Below the pieces are notes generated by a model. The model saw only the letters and a list, made by a program, of their open reading frames with translations. It was not told the DNA's origin and did not search any database. From contig JBFMGO010000050.1 in the NCBI GenBank assembly GCA_040752695.1, forward strand, positions 1-21,863: 21,863 nucleotides of DNA. Reading direction: 5' to 3'. Shown here piece after piece: positions 1-7,477 of this stretch (positions are counted from its first letter, which is position 1; the number at the start of each line of letters is the position of its first letter). The position numbers were made by a program, and so were the translations under genes. The stretch is from a bacterium (GTDB lineage: Bacteria > SZUA-182 > DTGQ01).

Positions 1-42
1 ACGGCAAAGGATTTCAAGGCTGGTGCGTGAAACCTTGTCATT

Positions 43-71
43 CTCGAAAATAGAAGATAACCATTTTCGAG
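43..71. other. Perfect 9-bp inverted repeat downstream of the large surface-protein gene (possible terminator or stability hairpin)
   Basis: CTCGAAAAT (43-51) / ATTTTCGAG (63-71) with an 11-nt loop. AT-rich and no clear U-tract, so function is uncertain. Confidence 0.25.
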
Positions 72-184
72 CTATCAAATACTTTATCTGGAATTTTAAC
101 TCAGCATTACTTGTTTAACACTACCAATTTTCCGATCTTTTCGATCTTTTTATGATCTATTTTCTCCAGATCATGGAGCTATTG

Positions 185-3100
185 CTAATATATTCTTATT
201 CGGGTCAGCCAATTCGACCATACGCTCTCCCCATATTCAATGTTAACCTGCTGCTGCGGATAATAACTTTGCCAATTGAACAGGTTCGGGGAGTAACTGG
301 AGGCCGGAGCGAAAGACATATTGAAATAGCTGGATGGCGAACTGTAGTTGAAAGAATAATTGTATGAAGAGCCGGGCCACCAGTTCGAGTTATACGAGGT
401 CCATACCTGTGCAGGAGACACCTGATAAGAGGAGCTGTAACTGGAGATGTCATTGTAACCACCGTTTAAGCTGAAAACGCTGTCTCCAAACCGCCAGTAA
501 GAAGACACTGGATGAAGAGCCGGAGAGGTCGAAGGTGTCGAAGTCACCGGTGGTATTGTCGGAAGTATCGGCTGAGTCGGCTGGGTCGGTTGAGTCGGTT
601 GAGTCGGCTGGGTCGGCTGAGTTGGCTGAGTTGGCTGAGTAGTTGGTTGAGTCGGCTGAGTCGGCTGAGTCGAAGGAATACTGCCGGACTTAGTCGTGAA
701 GGAGACAACTCTCGCTGAGGACAAGTGATTTCCGGTAGCGTCCATGATACCCTGGTTGATGGTGATCTTGTAAGTAGTATTGGGAATCAATCCTGACTTG
801 GGAGGTTGAAAGGTAATTGAGGTCAGGTCTGGCGACGGGTTGATCACAAAATCAGGGTCATCGGGAAGCACACTGATATTATTCAGCAAAGAGGCCCAAT
901 CCATTGGCTCGTTAAATGAAATGATCAAACTCTGTGACAGGGCCACACCGGAAGTATCTGGCTTTGGTGTGATATCGGTCACCAGAGGGGCAATCAGATC
1001 CAGCCTGCTAAGACCGCTATCCGTGCCAAACCACAGATTACCGGCGGTGTCCTGTTGGATGCACCGTATGCGATCGGCAGGAGGAGCGCACGGGTTCGCA
1101 GCAGTGAGACTCATCCAGGAATTCCAGTCAGTGGTAGCGAAAAGACCGCCATCGGTAGCAAACCAGTATTTTTCAGCCGGGTAATAAAGCATAGAGACTG
1201 AAAAAACCGCATTGATGGTTTCATTCCAAAGGTCAGGATAGCGGAAGCTGGTTATTGAAGACCATTGATTATTATGATACCGATAGGCCCCCTCTCCGGT
1301 AGCCATCCAAAGGGTATCTTCTTTAGCATCGAAAGTGAGAGAATTGAGGTTGAGCCCATAGACAGAGGAGAAAAAGGCATCATCACCGGAATCGTAAACC
1401 AGTTGGTTGGCTGCATTGAATGCATAGATGTCGCCCCAGACCGTGCCAATCCATTTGTTGTCTTCATCATCCAGGGCTATGGCCTTGACCCAGTTGTCCG
1501 CCAAACCATGGCTGGTATCGAATAGAACCTGCCATTGCTGATTTTGCAGCCGTATCACCCCATGATTCTGAGTCGCTATAAATATATTATCTTTGGAATC
1601 AATGGCCATATCGTGAATGGGATCGTCAGGCAGCCCGTTTTGGCCTTTCGGGAAAAGTTTAACCACTGTGCCTCTGACCGGATCGAATTTGACGATTCCT
1701 CCTTCTGAACCTCCTTCTTTTTGGGCGCAGAACCAGATATACCCTTGATGGTCCACAGCCAGGCAGGTAATGAAATTCGCGGGCAGGCCATCTTGCTCGG
1801 CAGTGTAGGGGTGATTGGCCCAATCGGTCCAATAATCCGGTTCCGACGGGTCTGCGTTCTTTTTTGGAGAATACTGGTACAATCCGTCCCCAAGGGTGGC
1901 GATCCAGAGTCTGTCGCTCTTATCCAGGACGAGATCGGACACCGGGCTGCTTGTCTGATAATGGGTCCACTCGTGGCAGCAAATGGTATATTCGAAGTCG
2001 GCCTCCGTGACATTGGGCGGAAAAGCAAGGTCTTGAGCCTTTATTTTCACCTGAATACGTTGATCTCCGTCAAAGGGAGTCGAAGAAGTATAGGCAATGG
2101 TATGGGAGATCGTATATCCCTGCCCATTCAAAGAAGCACTCACCCTGGGGTGTGTGTCCTTTTTCCCGTTAACGAACAGTTGCAGGGAATCGGGGTCTAC
2201 GCCTGCTCCTATATCGCTGATGCTGAAAGTCAAAGTGGCATGAGCCGGCACACAGGTTTGGTCAGGTGCAGGACTACGGCTTTCTATGGATGGTTTATTG
2301 ACGTCCTCGACGGAGAGGAAATAGGTGAGCACGGTTTTATTGCCGTGCTGATCACTGACCTCGACCGCCACTGGGAGCATGGCAGAGCACTCGAATGGCA
2401 CATCCGGCTCATAGGTCAGGGTGCAGACACCTTGAGTGCAGGTAATGGCAAGAGCATCGCCGGAAATATCATGTCCATCGACCGTGAGATGGGTAGAATC
2501 CTTATCTATCGAGGAGCAGGCAGGTATAATATTCATGGTGATCTTTGAATCGGCTGGTATATTCAGGGAATTGGGCGGCGGGCTTATATTGCCGATCTCT
2601 GGGGGTTGCGTGCATATATCAAAGCAATCTATGTTAGAGGTAGTGAATGAATACTGATCAAGCTCGATTGGGTTCCCGGTCTGGCCTTCCTGATCACCGG
2701 TCCGTTCACTGGCTCCGTCAACTGCCTGATCACCGGTCAGTTTACTGGCCATAACCTTTACTTCAACCAGCTTTTCACAGCCAAACGGTTTATCCAAGGG
2801 CCGATGATAGGTCAACAGGTACTCGTTGGGACCTAAATCCGCTTGAGTGGACCGGATAATCTCCGTATCGTCTATACGGCTCCCGTCAATAGAGAGATAG
2901 ATCAACGCCCGCTCTGCCTCCGGGCACACATCCGTCACTTTGAGAATAATATCAGGAGTCCGGAAAACTTCTGTTGCGCCCTGTACCGGACTGACCAGTT
3001 CCACGGAAGGCGGTTGTGTGCACTCTGTGACAAGGGGAGGTGGCATGGTTTCATCGCTTGCTGACGGACGAAAAGCGATCGCCATCTTATCGCGCAGAGC

Positions 3101-3943
3101 TTCCGGCTTATTGTATGAGTACTGCCGTGCCATTTGACTCCGGTATTTCAAGCCGACAGTGGCTGAACGTCCCTGGGTAATCTGCTCATAACCCTGGAGG
3201 GTTACATTCTTATATTGAAATACAATCTGATTGGTCCACTGGTAGAAAATTACCTCAAAGCTCAGTGAATAATAGGTAGGTTTACCACTGCTCACTGCCG
3301 GCACCTGGGACCACTCGACAACGAGTCGGGGAGGGTTGGAATCCTTGTCCAGGAGATAATAAACCGCGCCCTCACCGGATGAGGGATCAAGATCGTCCCA
3401 AAATGGAGCAATGATGTCATGAGGGTTTCGGTCAAATACTTTATTGGGATCATCCGGCTCCACCAGCGGGTCATTGTAAAACTTCTTGGCGTTGTTGTCG
3501 GAAAAGGTGATGTAACCATTGGAAGAAACCGTAATCCGAGTCAATGATTCTCCAAAGAATGTAAAAGGAAAACCAAGGCTTAAAAGATCAATGGATTGAG
3601 CATCGTCATCATCGAGGTCTAATTTGACCTTGTCAGGATTCGATGATACTTCTACCCATTGATAGGGATAGGAATCGTCAGGATGGTAGGGTGAAAAATC
3701 CGGCTCGGCTGCAAAGGCAAGGGCATTACTTAGAAGGAATCCTGTATCACACTGAGCGAATCCTGCATCGCTCAGAGCACAATCAGCCTTGCTCAGGCAA
3801 GATCCATTATCGGCATGCTTTGTACTGCTCCACGACGAGTCATCCCGAAAAGGGTGAATGTTTATGCCCACCCCTGCGGTTAAAAATACGAAAAAAATGC
3901 TAAGGTTTAAACATAGAACGGCCTTCATAAACCTGATTCTCAT
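185..3943 (-). CDS. Large secreted/cell-surface multidomain protein (~1252 aa): NIDO-like domain, three Ig-like repeats, two-component-regulator-type beta-propeller, Big_5-like Ig domain, TQP linker, Ser/Tyr/aromatic-rich C-terminal tail
   Basis: Long ORF. Start moved from 3958 to ATG 3943 because GGAGG lies in the preceding codons (atgGGAGGtaattcgATG). Hydrophobic N-terminus. NIDO-like motifs FPFTFFG..VSSNGYITF..IAPFWDDLDP..LVVEW..FEVIFY..IVFQY..ATVGL. Ig-like repeats such as SISDIGAGVDPDSLQLFVNG. Propeller repeats GLPANFITCLAVDHQGYIWF, GLPDDPIHDMAIDSKDNIFIAT, GLADNWVKAIALDDEDNKWIGT, DTAGNLWFGTDSGL. Big_5-like ISFNEPMD..PNTTYKITI..GIMDATGN..SFTT. Confidence 0.85.
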   Translation of the reverse strand: MRIRFMKAVLCLNLSIFFVFLTAGVGINIHPFRDDSSWSSTKHADNGSCLSKADCALSDAGFAQCDTGFLLSNALAFAAEPDFSPYHPDDSYPYQWVEVSSNPDKVKLDLDDDDAQSIDLLSLGFPFTFFGESLTRITVSSNGYITFSDNNAKKFYNDPLVEPDDPNKVFDRNPHDIIAPFWDDLDPSSGEGAVYYLLDKDSNPPRLVVEWSQVPAVSSGKPTYYSLSFEVIFYQWTNQIVFQYKNVTLQGYEQITQGRSATVGLKYRSQMARQYSYNKPEALRDKMAIAFRPSASDETMPPPLVTECTQPPSVELVSPVQGATEVFRTPDIILKVTDVCPEAERALIYLSIDGSRIDDTEIIRSTQADLGPNEYLLTYHRPLDKPFGCEKLVEVKVMASKLTGDQAVDGASERTGDQEGQTGNPIELDQYSFTTSNIDCFDICTQPPEIGNISPPPNSLNIPADSKITMNIIPACSSIDKDSTHLTVDGHDISGDALAITCTQGVCTLTYEPDVPFECSAMLPVAVEVSDQHGNKTVLTYFLSVEDVNKPSIESRSPAPDQTCVPAHATLTFSISDIGAGVDPDSLQLFVNGKKDTHPRVSASLNGQGYTISHTIAYTSSTPFDGDQRIQVKIKAQDLAFPPNVTEADFEYTICCHEWTHYQTSSPVSDLVLDKSDRLWIATLGDGLYQYSPKKNADPSEPDYWTDWANHPYTAEQDGLPANFITCLAVDHQGYIWFCAQKEGGSEGGIVKFDPVRGTVVKLFPKGQNGLPDDPIHDMAIDSKDNIFIATQNHGVIRLQNQQWQVLFDTSHGLADNWVKAIALDDEDNKWIGTVWGDIYAFNAANQLVYDSGDDAFFSSVYGLNLNSLTFDAKEDTLWMATGEGAYRYHNNQWSSITSFRYPDLWNETINAVFSVSMLYYPAEKYWFATDGGLFATTDWNSWMSLTAANPCAPPADRIRCIQQDTAGNLWFGTDSGLSRLDLIAPLVTDITPKPDTSGVALSQSLIISFNEPMDWASLLNNISVLPDDPDFVINPSPDLTSITFQPPKSGLIPNTTYKITINQGIMDATGNHLSSARVVSFTTKSGSIPSTQPTQPTQPTTQPTQPTQPTQPTQPTQPTQPTQPILPTIPPVTSTPSTSPALHPVSSYWRFGDSVFSLNGGYNDISSYSSSYQVSPAQVWTSYNSNWWPGSSYNYSFNYSSPSSYFNMSFAPASSYSPNLFNWQSYYPQQQVNIEYGESVWSNWLTRIRIY
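569..671 (-). repeat. 9-bp coding tandem repeat, 11 copies, encoding a (TQP)n linker
   Basis: Units GG(C/T)TG(A/G)GT(C/T/A) on the + strand with one 3-nt insertion. Protein reads STQPTQPTQPTTQPTQP...TQPI. Confidence 0.95.
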
Positions 3944-4252
3944 CGAATTACCTCCCATTAGCCTTAATATTTTCCATCAAACAATGGGGGAAATTATTTT
4001 CCCCACCACGGCGGAAATTTTCCACCCGCTTTCTCCTCATCGTAAGGAGAAGGTCAGGTGAGTGTAGTTCCGGTTACTACCTTCAACCGGCTGGTGATGA
4101 ATGTCACCGCGTGCTCGTTCGCTTGCAATGCATATTCATGGGAGAGGCAATAGGTACCGTTTTTATCTCCCTCAAACGGTATCTGACCTGCCATGTCTTC
4201 TTTCCGAGAATATCTCTTTAGCCGCTCATGGATAACTGCCAGGGAATATATC

Positions 4253-4275
4253 GGGTGGGGCTTTTTGCCCCACCC
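4253..4275 (-). terminator. GC-rich hairpin downstream of the cytochrome at 4333-6615 (terminator-like or mRNA-stabilising)
   Basis: GGGTGGGGC-TTTTT-GCCCCACCC, a perfect 9-bp stem ~58 nt after the stop codon. No strong U-tract on the minus strand. Confidence 0.5.
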
Positions 4276-4332
4276 TTAGCATCTTACATGCTGATGATAA
4301 CCAAAGATGCGTATTGAATGTGCGTACGTATA

Positions 4333-6615
4333 TCAATCTGATTCATAAAACTGCTTATGGCAAGCGCCGCACATATCACTGCCCGCTTGGGTTGAAAAAT
4401 TATCCATTACAAGCAGTTTACCGTGTTGTCTTGCCTTGCTCGGATCCGTATCAACCGCTCCGTCCCAAGAGGTTGATGCAGCATGAACATTATGACAGGT
4501 CAAACATATTACCCCTGCATTCTTGCCATCTCTAAAATTACCATAGGTGATGCCTCTATTCGATCCGCTTCCCCCGCCATAGAACTTTTCCGTAAACGGT
4601 ACCCCTGTCATGAGGGGATTGGGAACTTCATTAATTCCGACAGGATGTGTCCACCCTATATCCATTGGATCAGGGCTGTCCTTGGCACAATGGCACTGTT
4701 CGCAAAATCCATCCCTTTGAGACTGGAAAGGAAACGGGGCATCCAGCTTACCATCATCATAGTTAGACGTATAATCATCAGACTTATATGGTGAGGCATG
4801 ATCTTTATTGGCAACAGGCCCGCCCAGTTGATACAAATAGGGCGGCTTTTGGTTATTATGTACATCATGGCACGTACCACAGTAGATCTGCCCGATCCCT
4901 GTTCCATAATCGTCCATAACACCACCGGCTGCACCGGGCTTGCCGTCCGCCAGCGGGAATTTGCCTTCTCCGATGCCGGTATTGGCTTTAGTATTGACAC
5001 TGGAAGGCAGACAGGCGAAGCGATGGCTGAAAAAGCCCCTTACCCCCGCGTTGAGCAGGCTTCCACCCCCATCGTTGTCATATGGGCCCACTATGGCAGG
5101 ATCGCCGTGGCATCCATAGCACATGGCCTCATAGCGTTCTGTCAGGTTATTTCGCAGCGAGCTGTTTCCCTGATTTCCCCAGGAAAGTGCACGAGGCGGC
5201 ACCCGCATCAGGGCATTAATATCCGCCCGGACACGTGTCTCCCCGACCTTATCCTCTGCCCATGAAGACTTGGGAACATCCCTGGGATCGTTTTTATCCA
5301 GATGAATGAAGTGACAGAACATGCAGCCGTTGCGCTGCTCTTCCTTCCCTGCGAAATTTTTAATCGCACGGTTCGTGGGGTCGTTCTTCGTTTTATAATG
5401 CAGTCCCGTGAGAAGAGATGCGCTCTTCGGGGATGGTTTACAGGCACCGTGGCAGTGCTCACAGTAGGCAGTGTTATCATCCTGGAAAGAGTCGTAGAGC
5501 AGATAGTATGGATTGCCTGGTACAGAAAACCCGGAGTTGTCGGTCTTACGGTGATGAGAACTGAGGTGACAGGAAATGCATTCAAAGGTCCGCTGCGAAA
5601 AGGGAAGAGGTTCACCGAAGCCGCCATCGCTGTTTTTATAATAGCCATCGAGCCTGAATAGATTATCGCTGGGAAGCGTGGATGATCTATGACATCCCGA
5701 CACTGCACAGGAAGTGTTGGCCCAGGTTCTTCCCAACGGATGATTGCCATGATCCTTTCGTATCTGCGGAATGCTTTCATCCGTGGCATCACTGCAATGA
5801 CACCATTGGCAATCTTCTTTGGATCTATAAATAATGCTACTTACGACCGGATTATCGAATCGTATTCGCGAGACGGCATTTTTTATCGGAACATTTACAA
5901 AGATCAGGTTCGTTCTGCGTGCGCTCGTCGGATCATAATAGCCGCCATGAGGATGATGGCATCCATCACACTTCGTATCCTCTTCCATGGGGTGACACTG
6001 CCTGCAAAAGCCCTTCCGGTCATGGGTTTGCCCTGCACTGACGCCCGCTAAAACCCGCAGGTAGTCACCGTTTCCGGACTCGTCCGGTTTTCCCTTGGCG
6101 TCGTTTGGCTGTTTATGCGGATTATGGCATGATCCACAATAAAAACCCTCTCCTCCCGTCTTCGTATCAACAGGAAAAACAGTAGGTACGTCAGCTTTCG
6201 AAGTATGCAGGCGACCGGCGACACCTGTTCCCATGACATGGTCGGCGCCATCGGTAAGGAAAACATTTCCATAGACGGTAATGTCTTTTCCATCCACGCT
6301 GTATCCTGTGATCGACAACCCTGAAGAAATAGTGATAAAATCGTTATTCGGTTGAATATGACAACTCTTGCAAAGATCTTTTGTCTCAATTTTTTTATTT
6401 AATGGTAGATCACGCGCCCAGATTTTTTTTCCGTTTCCTCCATGCGGCTTATGACAATTAGCACAAACCTGCTTTTTATCTCTCCCCGCGACTTCACACT
6501 GATGACCGTTATAGTCCCCCCCTGATCCATCAACGGCATAGGTCATAGGAGAAAAAATAAGCGTAAGTAGACAAGCTCCCACAACGAATGGTAATACACT
6601 AATTCTTCTTCTCAT
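4333..6615 (-). CDS. Secreted multiheme c-type cytochrome, 760 aa, 14 CxxCH + 1 CX4CH (doubled-CxxCH type)
   Basis: Sec-type signal peptide (MRRRISVLPF...TYA-VD). Motifs CANCH, CKSCH, CGSCH, CRQCH, CDGCH, CQWCH, CAVSGCH, CISCH, CEHCH, CMFCH, CYGCH, CGTCH, CEQCH, CLTCH, CGACH. Alternating CxxCHxxH / CxxCH pattern with DHVMG, HPLG, SHRF and HPVG distal-His motifs. Confidence 0.95.
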   Translation of the reverse strand: MRRRISVLPFVVGACLLTLIFSPMTYAVDGSGGDYNGHQCEVAGRDKKQVCANCHKPHGGNGKKIWARDLPLNKKIETKDLCKSCHIQPNNDFITISSGLSITGYSVDGKDITVYGNVFLTDGADHVMGTGVAGRLHTSKADVPTVFPVDTKTGGEGFYCGSCHNPHKQPNDAKGKPDESGNGDYLRVLAGVSAGQTHDRKGFCRQCHPMEEDTKCDGCHHPHGGYYDPTSARRTNLIFVNVPIKNAVSRIRFDNPVVSSIIYRSKEDCQWCHCSDATDESIPQIRKDHGNHPLGRTWANTSCAVSGCHRSSTLPSDNLFRLDGYYKNSDGGFGEPLPFSQRTFECISCHLSSHHRKTDNSGFSVPGNPYYLLYDSFQDDNTAYCEHCHGACKPSPKSASLLTGLHYKTKNDPTNRAIKNFAGKEEQRNGCMFCHFIHLDKNDPRDVPKSSWAEDKVGETRVRADINALMRVPPRALSWGNQGNSSLRNNLTERYEAMCYGCHGDPAIVGPYDNDGGGSLLNAGVRGFFSHRFACLPSSVNTKANTGIGEGKFPLADGKPGAAGGVMDDYGTGIGQIYCGTCHDVHNNQKPPYLYQLGGPVANKDHASPYKSDDYTSNYDDGKLDAPFPFQSQRDGFCEQCHCAKDSPDPMDIGWTHPVGINEVPNPLMTGVPFTEKFYGGGSGSNRGITYGNFRDGKNAGVICLTCHNVHAASTSWDGAVDTDPSKARQHGKLLVMDNFSTQAGSDMCGACHKQFYESD

Positions 6616-6779
6616 TCCTCAACCCTCTCTCCCTGAATTCCTCAATTCCTTTCCCTCTCGATTCCTCAATCAATCCGCACGCTTTCGTTTACACGGGCCC
6701 TTACAAGACAAGCTCGCGATTCTGGTTCAACTTATCAACGGATATCTATTTAAAATCAGTATATTCTGGAAAAAATTGA

Positions 6780-6796
6780 TGCAAAATTGATACCAG
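6780..6796 (-). promoter_or_regulatory. sigma54 (RpoN) -24/-12 promoter
   Basis: Minus strand CTGGTATCAATTTTGCA: TGG-N10-GC with TTGCA, ~165 nt upstream of the cytochrome start and correctly oriented. Confidence 0.75.
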
Positions 6797-7024
6797 TTAA
6801 TCTTTCATATACCGAGGACCCTCATTACTCAAGTCAGGTTGATAGTAACAGTCCATTACGATAACAGAGTTTTCATTGGATTTGGTTTATTACGAAAGTA
6901 AATCGTTTGTTATTTTTATGCGAATGGTCACTATTACAAAAATCTGGCATCGTATTGGTGCTCTTTCATGATACAGTATAGTGAAGAAGCCTGATTGAGA
7001 AATTGTTCTAACGATAACTTGCTC

Positions 7025-7098
7025 TAAGAGCCTATCCCAAAACCCTGTTTTGGGTAACTGATTATGCCGGTTACCGGAGGTTTCGGGATGGCCTCTAA
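7025..7098. mobile_element. Putative MITE / internally deleted IS5-family (IS1031-like) remnant, 68 bp plus TAA flanks
   Basis: TAA (7025-27), GAGCCTATCCCAAAACC (7028-44) ... GGTTTCGGGATGGCCTC (7079-95), TAA (7096-98). Terminal inverted repeats match 14/17 and begin GAG, with a 3-bp direct repeat. Confidence 0.5.
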
Positions 7099-7354
7099 GA
7101 TCCCAAGAAACTGACAAATCCTTCATAAAAAAACAGGGCATCGAGATGGCGGGCTCTCGATACATTCTTCTTTCATTACCCGGTCAGCGAAACGTGCGTG
7201 GGCACGGTCTATTGTCGCCATCCTCAAGCGGGTTTTTTCACACACCGCGGGGAAAAAATAACCGGCCTCGTATTTACGCGATGGGTAATTTATATGCGAT
7301 CTTGAGCCATCTGCAAAAAGGGGGCTAATCCTTCATAATGAGCAGGAATCAATG

Positions 7355-7395
7355 ACGCCACCGGGTGCAGGTTTTTGCCCTGCGCCCGGTGGCGT
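7355..7395 (-). terminator. Long GC-rich hairpin downstream of the cytochrome at 7478-9826
   Basis: ACGCCACCGGGTGCAGG-TTTTTGC-CCTGCGCCCGGTGGCGT, a 17-bp stem with one non-Watson-Crick position, ~83 nt past the stop codon. Confidence 0.55.
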
Positions 7396-7477
7396 AGATA
7401 ACTATGCTTAAGCCTTTTCGATTAGCCTTAATACTTTTACCCGAATTCAGTATTAAGCTGATGTAAAAGCCCTATCA

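Noticed and set aside
1721..2548. 275-aa + strand ORF and the other short ORFs overlapping the main genes
   Set aside because: Antisense or alternative-frame shadows of well-supported CDSs, with no independent motifs.
4180..4192. GACCTGCC resembling the 3' end of a cobalamin riboswitch
   Set aside because: The upstream GGGAA and GCCACTG core elements are absent, and it is antisense to the downstream gene.
7146..7328. 60-aa ORF and scattered hairpins between the two cytochrome genes
   Set aside because: No RBS or recognisable protein motif. The helices are short and not convincing beyond chance.
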